NCBI GenBank assembly: GCA_963704645.1
Contig: OY969926.1
Span: 832,001 to 896,000 of the forward strand
Direction: 5' to 3'
Length of the DNA: 64,000 bases
From: an uncultured bacterium
Lineage (GTDB): Bacteria > Patescibacteriota > JACMRA01
A model generated the notes under the pieces. That model did no database searches and was not told the DNA's origin. It saw nothing but the letters and a program-made list of their open reading frames with translations. The translations under genes and the position numbers were made by a program. Each line of letters begins with the position of its first letter. The stretch's first letter is position 1. Shown piece after piece: positions 19,683-28,977 of this stretch.

Positions 19683-19792
19683 GTAGGGGAGATGCTTGTC
19701 ATCTCCCAGGGGGAAGGGGATGGGGAGTGGACTTTAGTATGGGAATACTTTAACTCAACAACACCAAGTAGGGGAGATGCTTGTCGCCTCCC
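19683..19792 (+). repeat. Pair of GTAG-type REPs
   Basis: GTAG-GGGAGATG-CTTGT-CATCTCCC (19683-19707) and GTAG-GGGAGATG-CTTGT-CGCCTCCC (19768-19792). Confidence 0.8.
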
Positions 19793-20148
19793 ACTTGGGG
19801 TGTGACAAGGAAATAGAGAAAAACAAAATCAAATACATAAAGTCTTAATCCCGCATTCCAAAACTACCCTCAAACCTTGCGGCGCTACCCCCAAGCCTTT
19901 GGCTTGACCCCTTCGGGCAAACATGTCGGTTGAAACAAGTTCAACCTGCGCCAGTTTACTTACCAGGGGTACTTTCAGCCACGGTTTACTCTAATTGTGC
20001 TATACTTCTAACCAAACTTAGCTCCCTTTATTGGGGGTTTTGGTTTATGTAAGCAGAGTTAAAGCGCTTTATGTATCTTAAAGATGTGTCAAACTTACAG
20101 TCTCTCTTCCCTTGACGCTAACGTTCAAGTTTATATTCCTAAAAAAGT

Positions 20149-21606
20149 ATGAATGTACTATCTAAAACTGAAGTTATATCTAAAATGTTTAAAGCCTACG
20201 ATATGCGTGGCAAAGTACCAGATCTTACTGCCGAAGTTTACTATTTAATGGGTCAGGCTTTGTACGATGTAGTGCTTTTTCCTGAAAAATTAAAAACTGA
20301 AATTAGTTTGTTTTGTGATGCCCGTTATTCTAGTCCAATATTCTATAAAGCTTTTGCAGCAGGCTATTTGTCTAAGGGTGGTACAATTGTGCCAATGGGG
20401 CTAGCTACTACAGAAATGATGTACGCTTCCTGCATAGTTTTTAACAGACCTGGGGTTACAATCACAGCTTCGCATAACCCAAAAGATGATAATGGTTTAA
20501 AAATGATAAAAAACCACCCACAAATTTTGGGTAGGGCAGAAGGTTTAGAAACCATGATGAACTATGTTTTGGAAAGAATTGAAGACTTTAGCTTAGATCT
20601 AAATACCTTGCTAGATTTAGAAGAAAATTTGGAGCAGAAAGAGAAAGTAATGGACTTGTTAATTCAAAAATATGTAGAAATTGCCAATCTTGAACAATCT
20701 GAACTTCAACTTGTGGCTAGAAATAAGAAATTAAAAATTGTTGTAGATACAGCTAACGGTATGAGCGGCCTTGTTTTGCCTGAAATTGCCAAATTATATA
20801 AAAATGTAGAGTTTGTACCTTTATATTGGGAAATTGACGGAACTTTTCCAAATCATCCAGCAGATCCGTTCAATCCAGCTAACTTAGTAGATTTACAAGC
20901 GAAAGTTAAAGAAGTAGGTGCAGATTTTGGTATTGGAATGGACGGTGATGGCGATAGGGCAGTTTTGGTTGATGAAAATGGGGATTTAGTAAACTCAGAG
21001 TTTTTTGTGGCTAAATGTGCAACTTTTTTTGTGGAAGAAGCCAGAGCCAAACCAGAGCTTGGTTTTAACCCAGCCATTGTTTACGTGACATCTTACTCTC
21101 GGGCTTTACCAGATGCAGTGTTGTCTGCTAACGGAACTGCAATTCCAAGTAAACAAGGACACGCTTTTGTTAAGGCAGAAATGAAAAATTACAATGCAAT
21201 TTATGGTGGTGAAGCTAGTGGACATCATTACTTCGGGCAGTTTGGCTATATGGATTCTGGGTTATTAGTTATTGGATTAGTTATAAATATGGTTGTTTCA
21301 GAAAATACCACTGCTTCAAAATTATGTGCATATTACACAGATAAATACTTTGTATCTGGAGAAAGAAACTTTGAAATGCCAGAAGGAACGCAGTTTTCTA
21401 AAATTAAAGATTCGCTTAAAAATCATTTCAAAAACGGAATTATAAACGAATTAGATGGTCTTAGTATGTTTTGGCCTGACTGGAAATTTACAGTAAGGTT
21501 CTCGCAAACATCCACAAAACCAACTTTAAGAGTAAATGTTGAAACTCGTGGAACTGATGAGCAGCATGCTAAATTGGAAGAGATTTTGAAGGTAGTTGGG
21601 GTTTAA
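20149..21606 (+). CDS. Phosphomannomutase/phosphoglucomutase
   Basis: FKAYDMRG, ITASHNP, DGDGDR, GGEASGH, LRVNVE. Confidence 0.93.
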   Translation: MNVLSKTEVISKMFKAYDMRGKVPDLTAEVYYLMGQALYDVVLFPEKLKTEISLFCDARYSSPIFYKAFAAGYLSKGGTIVPMGLATTEMMYASCIVFNRPGVTITASHNPKDDNGLKMIKNHPQILGRAEGLETMMNYVLERIEDFSLDLNTLLDLEENLEQKEKVMDLLIQKYVEIANLEQSELQLVARNKKLKIVVDTANGMSGLVLPEIAKLYKNVEFVPLYWEIDGTFPNHPADPFNPANLVDLQAKVKEVGADFGIGMDGDGDRAVLVDENGDLVNSEFFVAKCATFFVEEARAKPELGFNPAIVYVTSYSRALPDAVLSANGTAIPSKQGHAFVKAEMKNYNAIYGGEASGHHYFGQFGYMDSGLLVIGLVINMVVSENTTASKLCAYYTDKYFVSGERNFEMPEGTQFSKIKDSLKNHFKNGIINELDGLSMFWPDWKFTVRFSQTSTKPTLRVNVETRGTDEQHAKLEEILKVVGV

Positions 21607-21615
21607 GATAGGTGT

Positions 21616-22590
21616 TTAGACCGTAATTTTAAACTGTACTTTCATTTCCCAAGTCTTACCTGGTTCAACAATAATTGGATTGTCGTTGATAGCATTAGTG
21701 CCACGTGTAAATGGTTCAATACAAATAAAATTATAGTCAGGCTGTTCTGTCGTTTGAGACCAAATAACCAGATTTTGTATCTCCATGTTTGAGCTTGCCT
21801 CTGTAATTGTAATTGTTTTATCTGGGAAAGTTACTGCAACTTGGCCGCTAAAATCATTAAAAATTTCTTTAGAAAATCCATTCCAATCTACATTTTCTCC
21901 ACTCCAAACAAGATTGTTAATATCGCTTTCAACTTTTAACTCTGAAGAAGTAAATGAGCGTTGTTTGTCCTCATTATTAGACTCCATTTCCAAGTTTTTA
22001 GAAAACTGACTAGAAATTCTAAGTTTGCTTTTATCTTCATGATTTATTGGGAAATAAGGGTGTAAACCAGGAGCAATTGGTAAATTATTTTCCCCATTAT
22101 TAGTAACTTTCAAAGTGTAGATCAAGGAATTTGCAATACTAATATCAACAATAATTTCGGCTAGAAAATTATATGGGTAAGCAAGTTGCATTTCTGGTGA
22201 AATATCTTGATTGCTTAAAATAATGTGTAGAAGAGTAGGCGAGTTGTTTTCACCTGACAATTTCTCTAATGATTTCACATCTGTACTCGTGTTATCGTTA
22301 AAGTTAGTCTCCAAATCTAAATTGCTGGCATTAGAGTTGGGTAGAACTTGTTTCCACAAACAATTTCTAGCAAAGCCATGCTGGGCAATTGGCAAGCCAG
22401 ACTTGTTAAAAATTCCATTTTCTAGTGGGTTGGCAAAAGGAAATAAAATTGGAACTCCAGATCGTTTAAGTGTTGAACCTTGGTAGAAAACTTCCTGCCC
22501 ATCATTCACCCAAGCTAATAAAGTTCCACCTTCTAAATTGATTGTAATCTTATTATTTTTATACGAAGTAAGAATTAAATTTGGGATCAT
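21616..22590 (-). CDS. Aldose 1-epimerase (galactose mutarotase-like) with insertions
   Basis: SGVPILFPF, QHGFARN, GLHPYF, FICIEP; ATG 22590 fits the promoter spacing. Confidence 0.85.
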   Translation of the reverse strand: MIPNLILTSYKNNKITINLEGGTLLAWVNDGQEVFYQGSTLKRSGVPILFPFANPLENGIFNKSGLPIAQHGFARNCLWKQVLPNSNASNLDLETNFNDNTSTDVKSLEKLSGENNSPTLLHIILSNQDISPEMQLAYPYNFLAEIIVDISIANSLIYTLKVTNNGENNLPIAPGLHPYFPINHEDKSKLRISSQFSKNLEMESNNEDKQRSFTSSELKVESDINNLVWSGENVDWNGFSKEIFNDFSGQVAVTFPDKTITITEASSNMEIQNLVIWSQTTEQPDYNFICIEPFTRGTNAINDNPIIVEPGKTWEMKVQFKITV

Positions 22591-22721
22591 ACTCAAATAT
22601 TGTAGTTTAGAAAATGCTTGTCAAAATTGAAAAGTTGGGTAACAAATTGATGGCACTTAGTGGATAAATGTAAAATAATGGATAACATTACCAGTGTTAG
22701 AGCTAGAGTTGAAGATATGGA

Positions 22722-23057
22722 GTGGCAAGATACTCCAGCAGGTCAGTTTTTTCAGGCACACCAATAACTCAGTCCATTCCGTCTCAGGAGATTGATTTAA
22801 TTTTGAACCCCATTCGGCCTCCAGGAGTAGAGGTTAACGATGAAAAGCATTGTTGGACTGCATATCCTCAAAAAGAATTAACGGTTCATTCTGTTTGTCT
22901 CTCCTCTGTGATAGTAATGTATGCTTGGTATGACATGTACAAGTGTCTGGATGTCAATTCTAAAATTTTGCTGGGTATTCATTATTTTGATAAAGAAAGC
23001 GATAGGTGTAAGTATATAAAGAAAGTCTGGGCTGCAGTGATAGCAATTATAGACTAA
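22722..23057 (+). CDS. Orphan hypothetical protein (111 aa)
   Basis: ORF followed by terminator AAGGCTTCCA-ATCG-TGGAGGTCTT (23066-23097). Confidence 0.45.
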   Translation: MARYSSRSVFSGTPITQSIPSQEIDLILNPIRPPGVEVNDEKHCWTAYPQKELTVHSVCLSSVIVMYAWYDMYKCLDVNSKILLGIHYFDKESDRCKYIKKVWAAVIAIID

Positions 23058-23130
23058 ACATTGTTAAGGCTTCCAATCGTGGAGGTCTTAATTTTTTGCC
23101 AAAACCACACTCCTTATTTTAAATTAAATT

Positions 23131-24087
23131 ATGCATATCCCCAAAAAGAAGTTTGGACAGAATTTTTTGGTAAACAAAGAAGCTAAAAGTAAATTGGCGG
23201 TGGCGGTGAAAAGCTTTGTAGAAATAACTAAGGCCGAAACTATTTTGGAAATTGGGCCAGGACTTGGTGATTTAACCGAAATTTCCTGTAAAATATTACC
23301 TGTAATCGCTGTAGAAATAGACTTTGATATAGTGGAAAAAATGGAAGTTAAATTTCAAAATAATTTCAGTGTGGTGAATCAGTCTAAACTATATTTAGGT
23401 GATATTTACCAATGGCAAAAGCAAATTTTAGAGGGAATAGTCCACGACATTAACCAATTAGATTATGGTTTAGAGTCTGAAGTATCCTCCCAGCAAAATG
23501 TGGAGACTGTACGATCTGAGTTGTTACAAGGTAATCCTCCTAAAAAAACAATAGTTCCTGCAGAGTTTAAAAGTTTTTATTTGCAAGACAACTGGGTTTT
23601 AATTTCCAACTTACCTTATAATTTGGGTTCACGTATTTTGGTTGATATGGCCATTCTTCGTCCAAACTCTTCCTTTTTGGTTATTTTGCAAGAAGAAGTG
23701 GTAGATAAACTGGTCAATTTAGATAAGCATTTTACATTTTTTGGGGCTTGGTTGAATATTTTTTATTCTTTTAAAAAAGAGGTTATTTTACCCAGGCATT
23801 ACTTTAATCCTCAGCCTAATGTCACATCGGCTTTAGTTTCTGCTGTGTCCAAACCATTGCCATCATATTTGGAATCTGTTCAGCAAAGATTATTGGCTTT
23901 AAGCACATTAAAAAAGCTATTTGCCTTCCCTAGTAAAACCATTTATAATAATTTAAGGCAGATGAACTACAAAGACCATGAAATTCATCTTTTACTAAAT
24001 TCTGCCAACATCCAAATTCAAGCAAGACTAAATAAAGATAATTATTTGCCTCTTTTGCACAAAATCTTGGGCGTTGACAAAGTATAG
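23131..24087 (+). CDS. rsmA: 16S rRNA adenine dimethyltransferase (KsgA) with internal insertion
   Basis: KKFGQNFL, LEIGPGLG, VEID, ISNLPY, FNPQPNVTS. Confidence 0.92.
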   Translation: MHIPKKKFGQNFLVNKEAKSKLAVAVKSFVEITKAETILEIGPGLGDLTEISCKILPVIAVEIDFDIVEKMEVKFQNNFSVVNQSKLYLGDIYQWQKQILEGIVHDINQLDYGLESEVSSQQNVETVRSELLQGNPPKKTIVPAEFKSFYLQDNWVLISNLPYNLGSRILVDMAILRPNSSFLVILQEEVVDKLVNLDKHFTFFGAWLNIFYSFKKEVILPRHYFNPQPNVTSALVSAVSKPLPSYLESVQQRLLALSTLKKLFAFPSKTIYNNLRQMNYKDHEIHLLLNSANIQIQARLNKDNYLPLLHKILGVDKV

Positions 24088-24218
24088 GCACTTAACCAAA
24101 GTTATTTTATCATAATTAATCTGTAAATAAAGCGAACAATCGGCAATATACAAATATAAATTTTAAAAAATAAAACTAACAAAAAGTAGCTGGGGGAAAT
24201 TACTACTTACAATTATAC

Positions 24219-25646
24219 ATGTCTGTTACGCACAACTACTGGCCACTAGTGTTAGAAAACCTTAAAGATAAGGTGTCTTCAAGCACATTTAAGGCTTTTT
24301 TTAGTCGTGTAGAATTTGTATCAACTTCTAACCAAGGTAGAAAAATTATTTTGTCTGTTCCGTCTGTATTTAACAGGAATTTCATTGAAAAGAAATACAA
24401 GCAAGATTTAAAAAATTCTATTCAAGCATATTACCCTCAAGTAATTCATATAGATTACGAAGTTCACCCAGATTTAGAAAGCTTGGCTGTTCCTGCGTCA
24501 CAGCAATTGTTGCAACAAGAAGAGACTGAAGTTCAAACTGCCCCAATTAATTTTCAAACTAACGCAGAGCCAGCATTGTTAAGCAGCTATCTTCCTAAGA
24601 AAACTTTAAATAATTTAAACCCAAAATACACCTTCGATAACTTTGTTGTAACAAGAAACAACGAGTTGGCCGTAAACGTAGCTAACAGTGTTATAAGTCA
24701 GCCTGGAACTTTGTATAACCCTGTGTTTTTGTATGGAAAAGTTGGTTTAGGTAAAACCCATTTACTTCAAGCTATTGGGCAGAAAATGTTGGAACAAAGG
24801 CCAAATATTAATATTAAATATATTCCTGCGGAAACTTTTGCCAATCAGTACATTTTAGCAGTTCAAAAAAGGGAAACAACCCAATTCCGTGAATATTATA
24901 GAACTGTAGATTTGTTGTTAATAGATGACATCCAGTTTATTTCAGGAAAAGAGGCAACTCAGGAAGCTTTTTTCTATACCTTTAACGAACTTCATCAACA
25001 GAACAAACAAATTATTATTACTTCAGATAGACCGCCTAAACACCAAGCAGCAATTGAAGAAAGATTAATTTCTAGGTTTGAATGGGGAATGGTCGTAGAT
25101 ATTCACCCGCCAGCTTTAGAAGACAGGGTTAGTATTTTAAAAGACAAAGCTGAGCGTTTTCAGTTACCACTAGACGATTCCCAAATTTTACAAATTGCCA
25201 ACAAGGTAGAAACTAATGTGCGCGAAATGGAAGGTGTTTTAAACCGAATTAAGGCAATATATAATTTATCCGGCAGAACTGAAATTGCCCAAGTAGAATT
25301 AGATAGAACTTTATCTGGCTTAACTTCAGGTGCAGTTAATGTAAATTTAAATGTAAAATATCAGAACCCAGAAAGTATAATTCAAGCTGTGGCTAGAGTT
25401 TTGGGTATTTTAAAAGAAGATATTTTAGGGAAAAGTAGACTGCAAGATGTAGCTTTGGCCAGGCAAGTTTGCATGTGGTTTATGAAACACGAATTAAATT
25501 TGTCATATCCGTCAATTGGCAAAGTTTTGGGTGGAAAAGATCACTCAACAATTATGCACGGTTGCCAAAAAATTGAATTATGTCGTACTAATAACATTAA
25601 GCTTCAGCAACAAATAGAATTAGTGAAGCAAGTTCTAAATCAATAA
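24219..25646 (+). CDS. dnaA: Chromosomal replication initiator
   Basis: LNPKYTFDNFV, YNPVFLYGKVGLGKTHL, LLIDDIQF, NVREMEG, GGKDHSTI. Confidence 0.98.
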   Translation: MSVTHNYWPLVLENLKDKVSSSTFKAFFSRVEFVSTSNQGRKIILSVPSVFNRNFIEKKYKQDLKNSIQAYYPQVIHIDYEVHPDLESLAVPASQQLLQQEETEVQTAPINFQTNAEPALLSSYLPKKTLNNLNPKYTFDNFVVTRNNELAVNVANSVISQPGTLYNPVFLYGKVGLGKTHLLQAIGQKMLEQRPNINIKYIPAETFANQYILAVQKRETTQFREYYRTVDLLLIDDIQFISGKEATQEAFFYTFNELHQQNKQIIITSDRPPKHQAAIEERLISRFEWGMVVDIHPPALEDRVSILKDKAERFQLPLDDSQILQIANKVETNVREMEGVLNRIKAIYNLSGRTEIAQVELDRTLSGLTSGAVNVNLNVKYQNPESIIQAVARVLGILKEDILGKSRLQDVALARQVCMWFMKHELNLSYPSIGKVLGGKDHSTIMHGCQKIELCRTNNIKLQQQIELVKQVLNQ

Positions 25647-25698
25647 ATATACAAAGCCCAGTTGTTTTTTACAACTAGATAATGAAAAGTAAATATAA

Positions 25699-26370
25699 AT
25701 GTCTAACAGTGGCGTAATTTTTCAAAAGGTAGCCAACTCTTCTGAAATTAAAAAGAAAATTAGTCCCTCTTTAAAGCAGGAGTTATTAGATTATTTACTC
25801 TACTTTTTAAGGGTATTTCTGTCTGTTGCCATTGTATATGTCTTAATTAGATGGACAGTTTTTGATGTAATTGGAATTTCTGGTAAGTCAATGTTCCCAA
25901 CTTATAATACCAGTGATATTATTTATATTGATCAGTTAACCCCTAAATTTGGTTCTTATCAAAGAGGTGATGTAGTGGTTCTAAAATCTCCTCCAGATAT
26001 TTCTGGAAAAAGAGAATTATTTATTAAAAGGGTGATTGGTTTACCTGGTGAAAAAGTTGTAACAGAAGAAGGTCAAGTGTTTATATACAATGCAGACTAT
26101 CCAGATGGAGTGCAACTAAACGAATTAGCTTATTTAGATGCTTCAGTTAATACTTTCAAAAATTTAAATTCTGGTGGGCAAAGATACGAAGAGCGTGTGC
26201 TAGATAAAGACCAATATTTTGTAATGGGAGACAATCGTGGTGGTAGTGCAGATAGTAGATCTTTTGGTGCAATTTCTAAAAAAGACATTTTGGGTAAAGA
26301 ATTTTACCGAGTTATTCCTCCTCAGAAATCTGGCTTTTACAAGTTACCAAAATATAATATTTCCAACTAA
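25699..26370 (+). CDS. lepB: Signal peptidase I
   Basis: SGKSMFPT, RGDVVV, FIKRVIGLPGE, GDNRGGSADSR. Confidence 0.95.
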   Translation: MSNSGVIFQKVANSSEIKKKISPSLKQELLDYLLYFLRVFLSVAIVYVLIRWTVFDVIGISGKSMFPTYNTSDIIYIDQLTPKFGSYQRGDVVVLKSPPDISGKRELFIKRVIGLPGEKVVTEEGQVFIYNADYPDGVQLNELAYLDASVNTFKNLNSGGQRYEERVLDKDQYFVMGDNRGGSADSRSFGAISKKDILGKEFYRVIPPQKSGFYKLPKYNISN

Positions 26371-27477
26371 ATGTCTGAACAAAATTCAACTTTGAAAAAT
26401 TATCGTATCAAAATTATTAAAGATCAAGATATTTGGTCGGATTTTGTAAATCATTTAAACTTAAACACCTTTTTGCATTCTTCAGCTTGGGTTAATTTTA
26501 ATCAAAAGTTTGGACATAAAACTTGGCAATTAGGTTTGTATTATGAGGAAGAATTGGTTGGAGTAGCTTTAATTCTAAAAATTGTAGCCAAGCGTGGAAC
26601 TTTTATATTTTGTCCTCACGGTCCACAAACCAGTGCTTATGCAGATTATTTGGAACAAATGAAACAAGCTCAGATTTCAAATTCTCATTTATTGCATGAA
26701 ATTCAAGCTGAAGTATTTGCCTTCACTGAATATTTGATAAAGCTTGGCAAGGAAGAAAAAGCTAGCTTTATAAGGTTTTCACCTATTTTTGAAGATATTC
26801 CAGAAATTAAAGAGCTTTTGCCTGGTCTTGGTTTTAGGCCAGCGCCAACCCATATGCACCATGAATTAACCACTGTTGTTGATGTTACTTCTTCTGAAGA
26901 AATTATTTTGGGAAGAATGAGAAAGACGATGCGTCAAATGATTAAAAAAGCGGAGAACATGGTTGCTGCTGGGGAAATTAAAACTGAATTTGTAGACACT
27001 ATTTCTAAAGAAATGCATGCTGTATATGAAGACACTGCGGTTCGAGGTGGTTTTGTGCCGTTTAGCAAAGATTATTTGCAAGCTGAATACGATTCTTTCA
27101 ATAATTTAGCAAAAGCAAAGCTAATGTCTGTTAGCTACGGTGGGAAAATTTTGTCTTGGGGAATGTATCTGTTTGATGGTAAAAGAGCATTCTATCATCA
27201 AGGTGCCAACTTATTAGATAAAAACGTGCCTGCTTCGTATTTGTGTCAATGGACTGGAATTAAATTAGCTAAAGAGATGGGTTGCCAAACTTACGATTTT
27301 TGGGGAGTGTCTCCAGAAGATAGACCAAATCACCCTTGGTATACTATCGGTCGGTTTAAGCGTGGTTTTGGAGGTCAGGACATGAAATTAATTGAAGCCC
27401 AAGATTTTATTTTATCTTGGCGTTATTGGATAACATGGCTGTTCGAAACTTGGCGTGCTAAAAAAAGAGGATTTTAA
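26371..27477 (+). CDS. FemABX-family peptidoglycan bridge aminoacyltransferase
   Basis: FLHSSAW, PHGP, YDFWGV, FKRGFGG. Confidence 0.9.
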   Translation: MSEQNSTLKNYRIKIIKDQDIWSDFVNHLNLNTFLHSSAWVNFNQKFGHKTWQLGLYYEEELVGVALILKIVAKRGTFIFCPHGPQTSAYADYLEQMKQAQISNSHLLHEIQAEVFAFTEYLIKLGKEEKASFIRFSPIFEDIPEIKELLPGLGFRPAPTHMHHELTTVVDVTSSEEIILGRMRKTMRQMIKKAENMVAAGEIKTEFVDTISKEMHAVYEDTAVRGGFVPFSKDYLQAEYDSFNNLAKAKLMSVSYGGKILSWGMYLFDGKRAFYHQGANLLDKNVPASYLCQWTGIKLAKEMGCQTYDFWGVSPEDRPNHPWYTIGRFKRGFGGQDMKLIEAQDFILSWRYWITWLFETWRAKKRGF

Positions 27478-27554
27478 TCATTTGATAGATGTAATAATAA
27501 TCTACTCTCCAAATCAAAACCCAACTAATCAATTAAACATACTAACAACAATTT

Positions 27555-28157
27555 ATGAACAAAATATCAGAAGAACTAACCTTAATTATTAAGAAAAAAA
27601 GCGCCGAAGGACAAATTTACCTTTCAGACTTTACACAACATTTTGGAGATCGTTCTATAGCCTTCATTATTGCTTTATTAGCTTTGCCAATCTCATTACC
27701 GTTCACACCGCCAGGAATAAACACACCTTTTGCTTTAATATGTATTATTTTAGCTATCAATTTCGGTTTAAATAAAAAAGATTTTAAATTGCCAAAGTTT
27801 ATTGAGTCTCAAAAGCTGCCTTTCAAGCCAGACGGTAAGTTTTTTAATGCCATGACCAAACTTTTAAGCTGGGCTGAAATTATAATTAAGCCACGTTTGG
27901 GTTGGGTTACAGACTCAGTTTTGTCTAAACCACTATTAGCATTAGGTTTAATTTGTGCTTCAACAGTAATGCTTATTCCGCTTCCAGTTATTAACTCTGT
28001 TTCTTCATTAATTGTGCTTTTAATTGCCTTAGGAATAGTCTCTAAAGATGGCCTGGTAGCTTTAGTATTTTCTTTAGCTGGTCTGCTTTTACTTCTTGGA
28101 AGCATAGCTGTAATAATTTACGGCATTGTCATTGGTCAAAGCTTTTTTGTTTACTAG
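27555..28157 (+). CDS. ExoD-family exopolysaccharide synthesis membrane protein
   Basis: LALPISLPFTPPG, IKPRL, LIPLP..N, KDG motifs. Confidence 0.8.
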   Translation: MNKISEELTLIIKKKSAEGQIYLSDFTQHFGDRSIAFIIALLALPISLPFTPPGINTPFALICIILAINFGLNKKDFKLPKFIESQKLPFKPDGKFFNAMTKLLSWAEIIIKPRLGWVTDSVLSKPLLALGLICASTVMLIPLPVINSVSSLIVLLIALGIVSKDGLVALVFSLAGLLLLLGSIAVIIYGIVIGQSFFVY

Positions 28158-28247
28158 TGAATGGGGTTATGATTAACCGCAGACTAAGGTTGAAATAGTT
28201 GTAAGGAGAATTATGTATCTCGAATTCTTAAATTTATATTGGAAGAT

Positions 28248-28577
28248 TTAAGTTTCTTCACTTGTTTGATTCTTTTCCAAAAATGTCTTTTTCTGTAAAA
28301 AAATACTTTCTTGTTCTAAAGATCTAAAAATTTTACGAATCAAAGACCTTCTAATTCCTAATTTTCTTCCTTTGTGAATTAGTTCTAATTGGTAACTATC
28401 ATTTGGGTTATTGGACTTAGTATTTTTGCCTCGCTTCTCTTTTTTTAGGGAAGGGGCTGGAGTTTCTTTTTTTGCCAATAAGCTTAAACGCTTTTGCAGC
28501 AAATTTAAAATTTCTAAATCTATTTTGTTAACTTTTGAAGTTATTTCTAAATCTAGGTTTTCACTTTCATCAGACAT
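28248..28577 (-). CDS. Chorismate-mutase (AroQ)-like small protein, degenerate
   Basis: VNKIDLEILNLLQKRLSL and IRKIFRSLEQESI resemble AroQ helices. Confidence 0.5.
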   Translation of the reverse strand: MSDESENLDLEITSKVNKIDLEILNLLQKRLSLLAKKETPAPSLKKEKRGKNTKSNNPNDSYQLELIHKGRKLGIRRSLIRKIFRSLEQESIFLQKKTFLEKNQTSEET

Positions 28578-28977
28578 AGTAATTACTTCTGAAACACTTT
28601 ATTCAAACCGTCAATTTTGAATAAAACCTTAAAATATTTTAACCAGAAACAAAGCCCCTTGCGGGGCCCTGAAACTTCATCATGCTTTTTGAAACAGGCT
28701 ATCACTTTTATCTTACCTGCTCCAAAAGAACATACTTTAAACTTACATAATTTTATCATAGTGTCAAATAAAATTATGCTTAATTTAATTGAGAGTAGGT
28801 AATGTCACTATATAAAAATATTCAGTCATTAAGGTTTAAATAAATCATCAACTTACACTATTATTCTGAAACTCCAAAATAATCTCTATTGTGGTTTGGT
28901 TTGCCATCCTTTCTAAGCCCTTCAATTTTAGATTGATAGTTTGACCAATTTGCTATTTCAAATTTGATTTAGAATGT

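Noticed and set aside
17995-20100. Diversity-generating retroelement target/template
   Set aside because: No reverse transcriptase and no near-identical repeat pair differing only at adenines; the protein repeats are diverged at all bases
28617-28940. 61-aa ORF or oriC in the AT-rich region before gatB
   Set aside because: The TTG start looks like a promoter box, there is no DnaA-box cluster, and only one GC hairpin (GCCCC-TTGC-GGGGC) is present
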